DNA of 64,000 bases from Candidatus Kerfeldbacteria bacterium (GTDB taxonomy: Bacteria; Patescibacteriota; Patescibacteriia; SBBC01; CAIJZX01): NCBI GenBank assembly GCA_016193315.1, contig JACPSJ010000001.1, forward strand, positions 535,478 to 599,477, given 5' to 3'. The notes under the pieces are model-generated. The model searched no databases and was not told the origin of the DNA. It saw nothing but the letters and a program-made list of their open reading frames with translations. Positions within the stretch are counted from its first letter, which is position 1. The number at the start of each line of letters is the position of its first letter. Shown here one piece after another: positions 10,712 to 21,147 of the stretch. Position numbers and translations under genes: made by a program.

Positions 10712-11692
10712 TTAGAGCCGACTGACGGAGGCCGGATGACGAAGATGAAGACGGCGGAGTAATCCGGCTTTGGCACCGATGTGTTGGATGACTGACTCGG
10801 CATTGGCGTTGGCGAATTGGAGCGCGCGCGGGATATGACCACCAGAGCGAATGAACATGGCCGTAAAACCACAGCCAAAGGCATCCCCCGCGCCAGTGGC
10901 GTCGACCACTTTGATCGGGTGAGTACCGCCGCGCCAGCCGTGGTGCGCATCGCCGGCCAGCGAACCCTCGGTACCAGAGGTGATGACGACCACACCGCCG
11001 GCGTCTAATCGCAGTCTTTCGAAAGCCACTCGTTCTTGGAGTGGGTGAAGGCCAAACAGGGCCGTGGCTTCTTCATGGTTCAGGTGCAGGATATCAGTGC
11101 GCTGAAAGAATGGTCGCAGGCGGCGGTAGCCAAAACGCAGCTCGCTCGAGCCCGGATTCCACACCACGCGGATGCCTCGCCGGCGAGCGGCCGACCATAT
11201 CGCGCGGTGGAGCCCAAAATGCCCCCCTAGCGATGTGACATACAACCACTGGGCGTTCCAGCCGGCCCAGCGAATGTCGGCCGGCCGGAGATGCTCTGAG
11301 GCGCCGCGGTAAATCAGGACCGTCCGCTCACCACGTGGCGTTAGCAAAATAGCCGAGTAGGCGGTCATGCGGCGACGATCAAGAACCACTCTGGCTACAT
11401 CTACTCCGGCTTGCCGCAAGTCACGAAGCACCGCCTGACCGCGACTGTCACCAGCACCAATCCGCCCGATGAAACGGGTACGAAAACCTAGTCGGGAAAA
11501 ACCGACGGCCGTGTTTGTCGCCCCGCCACCGGTATCAAACACTATCTTGTCAACTTCGATTTTTGACCCTAAAGCGAAGCACTCGGCCTCGCCAGTACTA
11601 AAGTGGTCGTCGCGGACGATGCGCATGGCTCCGCTCCGGAGGAAGACGTCGCGCGTGGCCGAACCGATGGTGACGACATCGAAGCTGTTCAT
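10712..11692 (-). CDS. PfkB family carbohydrate kinase
   Basis: GGGATNTAVGFSRLG and VVDATGAGDAFG signatures. Confidence 0.92.
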   Translation of the reverse strand: MNSFDVVTIGSATRDVFLRSGAMRIVRDDHFSTGEAECFALGSKIEVDKIVFDTGGGATNTAVGFSRLGFRTRFIGRIGAGDSRGQAVLRDLRQAGVDVARVVLDRRRMTAYSAILLTPRGERTVLIYRGASEHLRPADIRWAGWNAQWLYVTSLGGHFGLHRAIWSAARRRGIRVVWNPGSSELRFGYRRLRPFFQRTDILHLNHEEATALFGLHPLQERVAFERLRLDAGGVVVITSGTEGSLAGDAHHGWRGGTHPIKVVDATGAGDAFGCGFTAMFIRSGGHIPRALQFANANAESVIQHIGAKAGLLRRLHLRHPASVSRL

Positions 11693-12534
11693 TTCGCCTG
11701 TCGATGACTTCCAAACATAACTATTTTTTGTTTCACCACCCCCATCATCGCCTGTCGGCCCGGACCGAGATAGTCACGGGGATCATACGGGTGGTCCTGG
11801 CGAAGGGCGTGACGAACGGAACGGCTAAAAGCGACGCGGAGTTCGGTATCGATGTTAATTTTGCAAATTCCTAGTCTGATCGCCCGCCGGATGACCGCGG
11901 CAGGCATACCGGAAGCACCGTGGAGGACCAACGGCACGGTGACGCGTTGGCGAATGGCCCCGAGACGTCGAAAATCGAGGTGTTCAAAGCGGCTGGAGAG
12001 AACATGCAGATTGCCGATGGCCACGGCCAAGGCGACGACGCCAGTCTGACGAACAAAGTCCTGCGCTTGTTGTGGATTGGTCAAAACGAGATCTGGCGAG
12101 CGCTGGAATTCGTCTGGATATTTAACTTGCCCCAGTTCGCCTTCGACCCCTACGCCATACCGACGAGCCAGCCGCACGACCTGCTGGGTCCGGGCAATAT
12201 TTTGACCGTACCTGCCTCGACTGGCGTCAAACATCAAACCAGTGTAACCGACACGTAAACACCGCTCTGCTAAGCGGCGGTGACGTCCATGATCAAGATC
12301 GAGCACCACCGGCACCGGGTACTTCTTTGCCATCGTCTTAACGACGACGGCCAATTCCTCCAAACCAGCATAGGCAATAGCTTTTTCCGAAGTATTGACA
12401 ATCACCGGCGCCCGGAGCGCGGCCGCCGCCTGAATCACCGCCTGCACCTGCTCGAGGTCGGAGACATTAAAGGCCCCCACCGCATAACCACGTTTCTGGG
12501 CCCGCCGCAGGACCGACTGAAGTGTCACCAGCAT
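11689..12534 (-). CDS. fba: Class II fructose-bisphosphate aldolase
   Basis: YAVGAFN, LDHG, MFDAS, VEGELG, LVLHGASG, KINIDT. Confidence 0.9.
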   Translation of the reverse strand: MLVTLQSVLRRAQKRGYAVGAFNVSDLEQVQAVIQAAAALRAPVIVNTSEKAIAYAGLEELAVVVKTMAKKYPVPVVLDLDHGRHRRLAERCLRVGYTGLMFDASRGRYGQNIARTQQVVRLARRYGVGVEGELGQVKYPDEFQRSPDLVLTNPQQAQDFVRQTGVVALAVAIGNLHVLSSRFEHLDFRRLGAIRQRVTVPLVLHGASGMPAAVIRRAIRLGICKINIDTELRVAFSRSVRHALRQDHPYDPRDYLGPGRQAMMGVVKQKIVMFGSHRQAK

Positions 12535-12552
12535 GACTCTATTGTACCATAC

Positions 12553-13200
12553 TCATCGGCGTACGCCGCTGGCCGCTCGTTGGGCATCCCGGTAGGCCTG
12601 GTGTGGGTCCGCAGCAGCCAAGAGATGGGAGCCGATGATCAGACGTCGAGCCCCGGCGGCCACCACCCGGGGGATTGTGAGTGGGTTCAATCCCCCATCG
12701 CAGGCGACTGTGGTCTGCGGGTACCGACGCCGGAGCTGACGAAGTCGAGGCAAAACGTGGGGTTGGAAGGGGTTGTGTTGTCGGCCAGGTTCAATCGCCA
12801 TCACCACCACGCTCTCGATCTGCCGAATCCACGGTTGCAGTCGAACCAGCGACGTGGTCATTTTGAGGGCCAAACTGACGGCGATCCGCCGGGACCGAAA
12901 CAGAGCCACCAGTGGCGGGAGTCGAGTGCCTAGTTCGAGGTGGAGGATAACCCGCTTGGTGGGCCAACTAGCGATTACTCCTAGCCAAGCCTCCGGGTGA
13001 TAGGTCATGAAATGCCACTCCACCGATCGGGGCGGGGTAAGCCGTCGCAGCTGAGGTTCGGACAGCGATCGAGAGTGGACGAACCGTCCGTCCATCAAGT
13101 CGATGTGCACCAGGCGGTGTAGTTGCTCCGCCACCGCCAACTGTCGGCGAAAAGCGTTGGCTCGCGAGGCCAGGACGGCCGGAATAATCTCAGCGCCCAT
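12553..13200 (-). CDS. rpe: Ribulose-phosphate 3-epimerase
   Basis: IIPAVL, HIDLMDGRFV, EWHFM, MAIEPG, DGG; true start at ATG 13200 overlapping the rpiB stop. Confidence 0.9.
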   Translation of the reverse strand: MGAEIIPAVLASRANAFRRQLAVAEQLHRLVHIDLMDGRFVHSRSLSEPQLRRLTPPRSVEWHFMTYHPEAWLGVIASWPTKRVILHLELGTRLPPLVALFRSRRIAVSLALKMTTSLVRLQPWIRQIESVVVMAIEPGRQHNPFQPHVLPRLRQLRRRYPQTTVACDGGLNPLTIPRVVAAGARRLIIGSHLLAAADPHQAYRDAQRAASGVRR

Positions 13201-13636
13201 GCTCAATCCGTCGCACCTGTCGCAACCGCCGACGATATCGGCGAAGTGGCCGGAAGCGGGCTTGCAACCAGGCCCAGGCCATAGCCTGCAGCTGTCTACT
13301 CGTGTGGTAGTCGGCCGCCAACGACAGGACGTTGATATTATCGTCATGGCGCGCCCGAGCGGCCATGCGTGGGGTAAAAGCTTGAGCCGCCCGGACACCC
13401 ACGAACTTATTGGCCGTCATCGCCATGCCCACTCCAGACCGACACAGCAGGAGGCCACGACTAGTAGGGTGGCGTTGAATCAAACGGGCCAATCGAGCCG
13501 CCCAGAGGGGGTAATCATCATCTCGGTCAACATGGTTCGGACCGAGATCGCGGACGTCCACACCACGCCGTCGTAACCAGCCAACGAGTTTCTGTTTCTG
13601 GAACCAGCCGCCATGGTCCGAGGTTACAAAGACCAT
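13190..13636 (-). CDS. rpiB: Ribose-5-phosphate isomerase B
   Basis: SDHGG, DDYP, CRSGVGMAMTANK..GVRA, ARHDDNINVL. Confidence 0.92.
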   Translation of the reverse strand: MVFVTSDHGGWFQKQKLVGWLRRRGVDVRDLGPNHVDRDDDYPLWAARLARLIQRHPTSRGLLLCRSGVGMAMTANKFVGVRAAQAFTPRMAARARHDDNINVLSLAADYHTSRQLQAMAWAWLQARFRPLRRYRRRLRQVRRIEHGR

Positions 13637-13667
13637 CGCTCTGTATTCCTGCCACGTATCGCCTGGG

Positions 13668-14129
13668 TCACGGTTGGACTACCACTGTTCCTTGGAAACG
13701 ACTATCGGTCGGCCGCAGGTGGTCGTGAAAACCCCAACTCCCGGCTTGACGAAAGGTGAATGAGTAGTCTCCGCCGGCCGCGACCAGTTGATCAAAACCG
13801 GGTAGATCCGTATGCGTTGGGTGTGGGTCGGAAGAGATCTGGTGCGTCGAGGAATCTTGATTGCGGAAGGTGACCCTGGCCCCAGCCTTGACGGTAACCG
13901 TAGTCGGACTGAGTCCGGCCGCGGTAATGGTGACGGTGGCAGTCAGGCTGGTCGAATTCGTCGACTGTTCGCCAGTCGTGAACGAACGCGCCGGTTCACT
14001 ATTCGTATTGGTGACATTGCCAGTATTCGTCGTCCCGGGGGCCACCGCTGGCTGACCTCTCATCACCAACCAGGTCACTACTCCGGCGATGATGATGGCG
14101 ATGACAATCCATAGTCCTTTCGTACTCAT
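13668..14129 (-). CDS. Membrane-anchored cupredoxin-domain protein
   Basis: N-terminal TM helix, Thr/Asn linker, P.TVTVKAG..VTF.N, HQISSDPHPTH, WGFHDHL, GTVVV. Confidence 0.75.
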   Translation of the reverse strand: MSTKGLWIVIAIIIAGVVTWLVMRGQPAVAPGTTNTGNVTNTNSEPARSFTTGEQSTNSTSLTATVTITAAGLSPTTVTVKAGARVTFRNQDSSTHQISSDPHPTHTDLPGFDQLVAAGGDYSFTFRQAGSWGFHDHLRPTDSRFQGTVVVQP

Positions 14130-14168
14130 AGGTGCTACTCCTTCAGCCTATTAGTTAATGTGTCTCGC

Positions 14169-14477
14169 TCACGAGCGCAGCATCGACAGCTGCTGTCGAG
14201 CGGCCGTGGACATCCGCTCCGGATGCCAGGGTGGATCGAAGGTAAGCATAATGTCGACGTGCTCAATGCCGCTCGCCCGCTGCACGGCCGCCATGAGTTG
14301 ATGGCGAAAATACGGTACCAACGGACAGCCCGGCGTCGTCAGTGTCATGATGACGATGATCTTCTGCGGCGTGATCTCCAGGCCATAGATCAGGCCGAGA
14401 CTGACCACGTCGATACCGAGTTCTGGATCGCGACATGTCTTGAGCGCCTGGTAGATTTTTTGTTCGAGGCCGGTCAT
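14169..14477 (-). CDS. DUF59/SufT-like metal-sulfur cluster assembly factor
   Basis: DPELGIDVVSLGLIY, MTLTTPGCP, FDPPW. Confidence 0.92.
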   Translation of the reverse strand: MTGLEQKIYQALKTCRDPELGIDVVSLGLIYGLEITPQKIIVIMTLTTPGCPLVPYFRHQLMAAVQRASGIEHVDIMLTFDPPWHPERMSTAARQQLSMLRS

Positions 14478-14492
14478 GGTTTACGGTCTACT

Positions 14493-15416
14493 CTATTCGC
14501 GGCCGGCGCTCAGGTAACGCTCGGCTTCAATCGCCGCCATACACCCCCAGCCAGCCGCCGTGACTGCCTGGCGGTAACGGAAATCTGCCACATCACCGGC
14601 GATGAAAACCCCTGGCTGGGAGGAAAAAACTTGATTTGTGATAGTCAGATACCCACGGTCATCGAGCTGGAGCTGCCCACGGAATAGTGAAGTATTGGGC
14701 TGATGGCCGATGGCCAGGAACATGCCGTGGGCCGCCATATCAGTCGTGGCCCCGGTGAGTGTATCTTTCACCCGGACTCCGGTTACCAACTCCTGACCGA
14801 GTACATCAACCACCTCGGTATTGAAGCGCCAAGAAATCTTGGTGTTGGCTTCCGCGCGATGGGCCATAATCTTGCTGGCTCGGAGTTTGTCGGCCCGAAC
14901 CAGGACCGTCACCTGGTTAGCAAACTTGGTCAGGAACAAGGCCTCCTCCATGGCCGAGTCGCCCCCACCGATCACCACCACGTCCTGACCGCGGAAGAAG
15001 AACCCGTCACACGTGGCGCAGGCGGAAACACCTTTCCCACGGAGTCGCTGTTCGTTGGGGAAGTTGAGCCATTTAGCCGAGGCCCCGGTGGCAACCACCA
15101 GGCACTCGGCCTGATACTCCTCGTGGTCGGTCCAAACCCGCCAGGGATGGTGGTGAACGTCGACCCGCGTGGCCGACTGCGGGACAACCGAGGCACCAAA
15201 TCTTTCCGCTTGCTCCTTCATCGCGGTCATCAAGTCAGGACCGAGGATACCGCGCGGGAAACCAGGGTAATTCTCGACCTCGGTCGTCCACATCAACTGT
15301 CCGCCCGGTTCCGGGCCAGACAGAACAATCGGGGCCAAATCAGCCCGGGCGGCGTAGATGGCCGCAGTGTAACCGGCAGGGCCAGAGCCGAGGATAAGCA
15401 AGCGAGTCGTAACCAT
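14493..15416 (-). CDS. trxB: Thioredoxin-disulfide reductase
   Basis: GSGPAGYTAAIY, CATCDG, GGGDSAMEEA, AGDV..YRQA. Confidence 0.97.
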   Translation of the reverse strand: MVTTRLLILGSGPAGYTAAIYAARADLAPIVLSGPEPGGQLMWTTEVENYPGFPRGILGPDLMTAMKEQAERFGASVVPQSATRVDVHHHPWRVWTDHEEYQAECLVVATGASAKWLNFPNEQRLRGKGVSACATCDGFFFRGQDVVVIGGGDSAMEEALFLTKFANQVTVLVRADKLRASKIMAHRAEANTKISWRFNTEVVDVLGQELVTGVRVKDTLTGATTDMAAHGMFLAIGHQPNTSLFRGQLQLDDRGYLTITNQVFSSQPGVFIAGDVADFRYRQAVTAAGWGCMAAIEAERYLSAGRE

Positions 15417-15673
15417 GATCCAGGCGCGTGGATGGGGGCAGACGCTCGAAACAATACCATACCTCGACTTGACTGACCACCGTCGACACCGCCGGCGACA
15501 ATTAGTCCGACAGCGGGGAAGAGAGTCTACATTGGCCCAATCTTAGCCACTTTCTTTGATTCACGTCTTTCTCATCTGCCCTGCCGTCATAGACCGCGGG
15601 CAATACTAGTAGCCCAAAAATGTTGGTTTTGCTATACTGTCGGGGCGTTTATTATTAAAGATCAGCAGTGCGT

Positions 15674-15967
<294 letters not shown>

Positions 15968-15983
15968 GTATTTGCTGGCGGAT

Positions 15984-16010
15984 CACCCCCGAGTGCATCG
16001 GGGGTGTTTT
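15984..16010 (+). terminator. Intrinsic terminator after HU
   Basis: CACCCCCGA-gtgca-TCGGGGGTG stem followed by TTTT. Confidence 0.8.
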
Positions 16011-16026
16011 GTACTGTCCCGCCGCG

Positions 16027-17436
16027 TCAGGCGATGGTAGTTTCTGTACCCAGAGAGGGAACCGTAATCTGCCATTCAGGGTGATGATGCTGCCAAGTCG
16101 TTAGCAGTTCATTGGCCCGATCTAGCTCACCATGAACAAAGAACACTCGTCGGATGCCGGCGACATGCTCGGCGTAATCAAGTAGCCCCCGCGCGTCAGC
16201 ATGGGCACTGAGATCGTTGATGGCGAGGATCTGCGCCCGAACGGGAACCGCTTGGCCGAAAATCTCGATCGTCTGCGCTCCCTTGATAAGACGCCGACCG
16301 GGCGTATGTTCCGCCTGGAAACCAGTGAAGAGAATAATGGTAGTTGGATCGGGCAGGTGGTGCTTCAGGTGGTGCATGACCCGACCGCCGCTGGCCATCC
16401 CTGAGGCGCTGATAATCAGGCATGGACCGGGGCGCGCATTGAGCGCTTTCGATTCCGCCGCGGAATGGACATAGGTCAGGTTGCGAAAGGTCAGTGGATC
16501 CTCGCCGCGCCGACGGAAATCTTGTCCCGACTCCAGGTCGTAGTCGCGCTGGTGACGACGAAAGACGTCAGTAATGCGGCTGGCCAATGGGCTATCGACG
16601 AAAATAGGGAGGCGCGGGATGGCTCCGCGATCCGTTAACTGATGGAGTTCATAGACTAATTCCTGGGTCCGGCCAAGAGAAAAGGCCGGCACAATGATAT
16701 GCCCACTGGTTCTCACCGCCTGGGCCACGATGTCAACCAGAGCCCGCTCCGCTTCGACGAATGGACGATGAAGCCGGCCGCCATAGGTGCTCTCGATGAT
16801 CAGAGTTTCGGCCGGCTCCGCGACGTATTGTGGGTCACGGAGCAACGGGCGGTATGGCCGGCCAAGATCACCGGTGTAGACCATCCGCCGCCGCGAGCCC
16901 GCTTCACGGCCCTGAAGAACGACCACCGCCGAACCGAGAATATGCCCGGCGTCGTAGAGCTTAGCCTCAACCGTGGCCGTAATTGCCTGCCAGCGGGAGT
17001 TATCGTGGACGTATGGCAGGGTGGTGACGCGGTCCATCACCTCCGGAATATCATCCGGCGTATAGAGTGGCTCAACCAGATCTGCTTCTGCCAGGCGATG
17101 ATGACGAGCATAGATCGTATCCTGGACCTGCAGCTGCGCGGCATCGAGTAGTATCAGTTCGGTTAAGTCTCTCGTGGCGGCGGTCGCATAGATGGTGCCA
17201 CGGAAACCATTTTTGACGAGCACTGGCAGGAGCCCGACGTGGTCAAAATGTGCATGCGAAATCACCACCGCCTCAATCGACCGTGGGTCAAATGGCAGGT
17301 GAATATTCTTGGCCCGGCTTTCACGACGGCGGCCTTGGAAGGCGCCGCAGTCAAGGAGTACCTGGCTGCCGGCGAGCGTAATACGATGCTTCGATCCGGT
17401 GACTTCCCCGGCGGCGCCAAAGAAAGCTAGTCTCAT
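16027..17436 (-). CDS. MBL-fold beta-CASP ribonuclease
   Basis: GAAGEVTGS, SHAHFDHVG, AGHILGSA, TGDLG, ESTYG, PAFSLGRTQE, SAHAD, VHGE. Confidence 0.93.
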   Translation of the reverse strand: MRLAFFGAAGEVTGSKHRITLAGSQVLLDCGAFQGRRRESRAKNIHLPFDPRSIEAVVISHAHFDHVGLLPVLVKNGFRGTIYATAATRDLTELILLDAAQLQVQDTIYARHHRLAEADLVEPLYTPDDIPEVMDRVTTLPYVHDNSRWQAITATVEAKLYDAGHILGSAVVVLQGREAGSRRRMVYTGDLGRPYRPLLRDPQYVAEPAETLIIESTYGGRLHRPFVEAERALVDIVAQAVRTSGHIIVPAFSLGRTQELVYELHQLTDRGAIPRLPIFVDSPLASRITDVFRRHQRDYDLESGQDFRRRGEDPLTFRNLTYVHSAAESKALNARPGPCLIISASGMASGGRVMHHLKHHLPDPTTIILFTGFQAEHTPGRRLIKGAQTIEIFGQAVPVRAQILAINDLSAHADARGLLDYAEHVAGIRRVFFVHGELDRANELLTTWQHHHPEWQITVPSLGTETTIA

Positions 17437-19127
17437 TGCCACTCGCGTCTCAGGCGCCGATACAGCGCTTGATCGCGCTGACGTAGGGCGCGGAGACGAC
17501 GGTCACGCCCGGCGGGTACCGAGAGCAGGTGGCCTAGCCACTGACCGGTCCCGAGGGTCGGAACGAATACATAATCAGCGCCCGCTCGGTAGAGTTGCTG
17601 CGCCTCATCAATCGTCTCGGCCCGCACCACCAGCCGCGGTCGTGCTCGGCTAGGCCGGGCGCGAACCACCGTATTCAGCCAGGTCAGATTGCTGTCGAGG
17701 TCAGGGCTAGTGGAAATTACCAGCGCCGCCGACCGCAGGCTAACGAAATCCTCCAGATCAGGATCAGCTAAGTCACCGTAGACGGCGGCGTAACCCTGTT
17801 GCCGCAGCCGCTTGACGATGGCCGGATCAAAATCGATAATCGCCACCTCCCGCCTTGACAGATGTGCCAGAATGTTTTGCCCGGTGCGATGAGCCCCAAT
17901 CAACACCACCGGGCGACTGAGTCGGCCGCCGTCGACGCGCTCTCGATGGGACCCCGCCGACTCGAACCACCCCAGTCGCTGTCGAACCCAACCATACAGC
18001 CGGTCGGCGTGCACCATGAAGTATGACGAGATGGCAATAGTCGACACACCAACGGCCGTGATGAGCGTCACTTCCGTGCTCGACAGATGGCCAAGCCTGA
18101 ATCCCACGGCGGCCAGTACAAAACTGAATTCGGAGACCTGGGCCAGGCTGAGGCCAGTTAAGAAACTCGTTCGCCGGTGAAAACCTAGGGTGCCCATCAC
18201 CACCATCACGATCACGGGGGTGCCGAAGAGCACAAATAGGGACATCAGCACTATCGGCCACAGCAACTCGCGCAGTGATGACACGGCCAATGACGACCCG
18301 AGCACCACAAAAAATAGCAGTAGAAAAAAATCGCGCAATGGTTTAACCCGCGAACTGATCTGCCAGTGTTCGGCCGAGTTGGCCAAGGCTAGGCCAGCTA
18401 AGAAACCGCCCATCTCCATCGACCAACCAAGTTTCCGGACCGTACTAGCGACCAGGAACACCCACGCCAAGCTGGCTACAAAGAGGAGCTCCGGCGAGCG
18501 GCCAATGCGATCGAGAATCCGGGGCATGATCGACCGGCCAAGCCACAACATCAGCCCAAACAGAATGAGCCCCACCAGCACTGGGTTGGCGATGCTCGCC
18601 AAGCTCAGCGGGTGTCCGGCCCGCCAACCAGCCAGCACCAACAGTATCACGATCGCGACCACATCCTGCAATAGCAAGATACTAATGGTTATCTTGCCGT
18701 AGAGCGACTGTAAATCCTGTTTTTCTGACAGCAACTTAACCACGATGACCGTGCTGGACAGGGTTAACGCCACCGCCAGGTAGGCGGCCGACAGCGGCCC
18801 GAAGCCCAGTAGCAGGGTCAGTAAAAACCCGAGGGCGAAGGTCAAGCCGATTTGCCCCAGGCCAATCACCGCCGCCACCGCGCCGACATGTCGTAAAGCG
18901 GACAGGTTGATCTCCAGACCAACCAGAAACAACAGGAACATGACCCCCAATTCAGCGAACGTGCGGTACAATTCATTGTCCGTAATCGGCGTAAAATAGA
19001 ACAGCCCGATCATCACACCCGTCGTCAGGTAGGCCAAAATGAGCGGCTGGCGGAGAATTCTCGCCAGCAACCCGATGCCAGCAGCCAGGGTGAATAGGAC
19101 GGCCAGTTCTTGAACCGTCATACTCAT
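17433..19127 (-). CDS. Kef-type cation:proton antiporter (CPA2) with TrkA-N domain
   Basis: About 12 TM helices, LFLVGLE, LSSTVIVVKLL, QD, QVSEFSF; C-terminal YGD..GADYV. Confidence 0.9.
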   Translation of the reverse strand: MSMTVQELAVLFTLAAGIGLLARILRQPLILAYLTTGVMIGLFYFTPITDNELYRTFAELGVMFLLFLVGLEINLSALRHVGAVAAVIGLGQIGLTFALGFLLTLLLGFGPLSAAYLAVALTLSSTVIVVKLLSEKQDLQSLYGKITISILLLQDVVAIVILLVLAGWRAGHPLSLASIANPVLVGLILFGLMLWLGRSIMPRILDRIGRSPELLFVASLAWVFLVASTVRKLGWSMEMGGFLAGLALANSAEHWQISSRVKPLRDFFLLLFFVVLGSSLAVSSLRELLWPIVLMSLFVLFGTPVIVMVVMGTLGFHRRTSFLTGLSLAQVSEFSFVLAAVGFRLGHLSSTEVTLITAVGVSTIAISSYFMVHADRLYGWVRQRLGWFESAGSHRERVDGGRLSRPVVLIGAHRTGQNILAHLSRREVAIIDFDPAIVKRLRQQGYAAVYGDLADPDLEDFVSLRSAALVISTSPDLDSNLTWLNTVVRARPSRARPRLVVRAETIDEAQQLYRAGADYVFVPTLGTGQWLGHLLSVPAGRDRRLRALRQRDQALYRRLRREWQ

Positions 19128-20290
19128 GGGCGACTGTTGTCAACTTGAAATGTCAGGCGGTAGATCACCCCCGCCTTGTCGTCGGAAACATAGAGGGCCG
19201 GGCCATGAAATACTAAGTCCACCGGGCGTCCCAATGCTCCGTCCGGCGTCAACCAGCCAGTGGCAAAATCAGCAATTTGTTGCTGGTCGACGTCATACCG
19301 GACTAGCTTGTAGCCAGTGGGGGCGGTTCGGTTCCACGAACCGTGGTAGGCGATCAGCAAATCGCCAACCCAATCGGTGTGCCCAAACCCTGGTGGTACA
19401 AAAGCCAAACCGAGCGGCGCAGAATGGGCCGGGATGTCAACCCGTGACGGCCCGGCCGAGACACACCTGGCGGCCGCGGCGGCCGAGCCGTCAAACCGCC
19501 GATCGTGCACGTTCTGACCGTAACAGAAGGGCCAACCGTAAAACTTCCCAGCCTCGATGATATTGATTTCGTCGGGCGGCAGATCGTCGCCGAGGAAGTC
19601 GCGTCCCATGTCCGTGCCCCAGAGCTGGCCTTCGTGCCAGGTAAAAAAGACAGTGTTCCGCAGGCCGGAAGCAAAGAGCCTAAAGTCCGATCCATCGCGC
19701 TCCATGGTCCAAATTGCGGCTCGGTGGGGGTCGCTTTCTAAGCAGACGTTACAGGTAGACCCAATGGCGACGTACAGACGATGATCTGGGCCAAATCCGA
19801 TAGTCCGGCTAGTGTGGTTTCCGCCAACCGGCAAGTCGATGAGTTTTCGGGGTGGTACATTGCTGCCTATTTCGTATTTCCAAATCGCATTCTCCGCCGC
19901 CACATAGAGATCGTGCGGACGATCCCGATGAAAGGCTAAGCCGTGAGGTTTTGACAATCCTTGGATGACCGCCTGTCGGGCTGACTCGCGCCCATCCTGG
20001 AGCGTCAGTCTCGTGACCTGACCGAGCTTCGGCTGGCTTACCCACAACTGTCCGCCGGCGTCAAAGCGCAGGACCCGCGCGCCATCGAGGCCCTTGGCCA
20101 CGATATCAATCCGAAACCCAGCTGGCAGGGTGAGCGGCATGCCAGTGGTGTTAATGACTTTCGTAATGTCTTGCGGCGGCAGCTTGATCGATGGACCGAC
20201 TCCGCGAAAGTATCGCCAGTAGTAATAACCGCCGACGCCGGCCAAGATGAGAGTAACAACAACTGTAACGATGACTATCTTTTTTTTCAT
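19124..20290 (-). CDS. PQQ-dependent sugar/sorbosone dehydrogenase family beta-propeller
   Basis: GSTCNVC, GLRN, PPDEIN, YGWPFCYG, HSAPLG, HGSWNR, GRPVD. Confidence 0.88.
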   Translation of the reverse strand: MKKKIVIVTVVVTLILAGVGGYYYWRYFRGVGPSIKLPPQDITKVINTTGMPLTLPAGFRIDIVAKGLDGARVLRFDAGGQLWVSQPKLGQVTRLTLQDGRESARQAVIQGLSKPHGLAFHRDRPHDLYVAAENAIWKYEIGSNVPPRKLIDLPVGGNHTSRTIGFGPDHRLYVAIGSTCNVCLESDPHRAAIWTMERDGSDFRLFASGLRNTVFFTWHEGQLWGTDMGRDFLGDDLPPDEINIIEAGKFYGWPFCYGQNVHDRRFDGSAAAAARCVSAGPSRVDIPAHSAPLGLAFVPPGFGHTDWVGDLLIAYHGSWNRTAPTGYKLVRYDVDQQQIADFATGWLTPDGALGRPVDLVFHGPALYVSDDKAGVIYRLTFQVDNSRP

Positions 20291-20350
20291 TTCTCTCAGT
20301 ATAGCACACTCCCCTGTTCTACCACCCCAGGAACAAGTAGTTTACAGCCG

Positions 20351-20379
20351 TTGAAAAAAATCGTGCCGCATGTTACAGT
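20351..20379 (+). promoter_or_regulatory. Sigma70-type promoter for tRNA-Gln
   Basis: TTGAAA-17 nt-TACAGT, with TG upstream of the -10. Confidence 0.6.
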
Positions 20380-20422
20380 CAGCTCGATCTTCACTCTGCC
20401 CGGTGTTAGTAACGCAGTTGAG

Positions 20423-20496
20423 TGGGAAGTCGTCTAATGGTAGGACACCACCCTTTGGAGGTGGTTATGATGGTTCGAATCCATCCTTCCCAGCCA
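20423..20496 (+). tRNA. tRNA-Gln(TTG)
   Basis: Cloverleaf TGGGAAG...CTTCCCA-G-CCA; anticodon arm CCACC-CTTTGGA-GGTGG; TTCGAAT T-loop. Confidence 0.97.
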
Positions 20497-20574
20497 ATTG
20501 CGATACCGCTACGAACCCTACGGTCAGCCCGCTTCACGACCAGCAGTTAAAGTCGACTCGACCACCAAAGGAAT

Positions 20575-21147
20575 TCAAGGACCAGCTTTGGAAGGAAGCG
20601 GCGTGTTAGCCGATATTTTCCGACGGACAAGCAGCAGGAGAAAGAACCCCCCATTGAGTAATATTAAAGAAACAGGCACAAACCATGTCACGAACGAGAA
20701 AGTTTCTAAGGCGATCAGCCCGAATGCCCACTTGAGGGCCGCTAAGGCATACTGACTGGCAGTTTCTTCAAGGGGCTGGTAATAACCTTTCCGATACGTC
20801 GGTACGAACCCCAAAGCATCGGTAATAGTGATGAGGAGAACGGAGGCCGTTGGGTTATTTGATATCCTCCAAAGCGCCATCGCCACCAGCGCCGAGATCA
20901 ACGAAATCCAATCAATCCATACAAACTGACGATTTCCTTTAATCAACGCCAAGACAAAAATGAAAAAGCAAATTACGGTCGTGAGACCGGTTACCCATGA
21001 ACCCGCTCCGGCGCCGCCAACAAGCTGGATAACGAAGGCCATCCCAATGAGTAGCCCCCACACCAGCCACGAGAAAGCGTGAGGTTTGGTGGTACCTCGA
21101 ATTGTATTCCAAACATAAGGAGCATAGCTAACCAGGGTGATAAACAC
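20575..21147 (-). CDS. Multi-pass membrane hypothetical protein, lower GC, possibly 5'-damaged
   Basis: About 6 hydrophobic segments, TKPHAFSW and PTYRK..P.EET; upstream in-frame codons read HDYRIL*GYIG. Confidence 0.65.
   Translation of the reverse strand: MFITLVSYAPYVWNTIRGTTKPHAFSWLVWGLLIGMAFVIQLVGGAGAGSWVTGLTTVICFFIFVLALIKGNRQFVWIDWISLISALVAMALWRISNNPTASVLLITITDALGFVPTYRKGYYQPLEETASQYALAALKWAFGLIALETFSFVTWFVPVSLILLNGGFFLLLLVRRKISANTPLPSKAGP

Noticed and set aside
15417-15673. Possible riboswitch between trxB and HU
   Set aside because: No recognisable aptamer consensus; consistent with divergent promoters.
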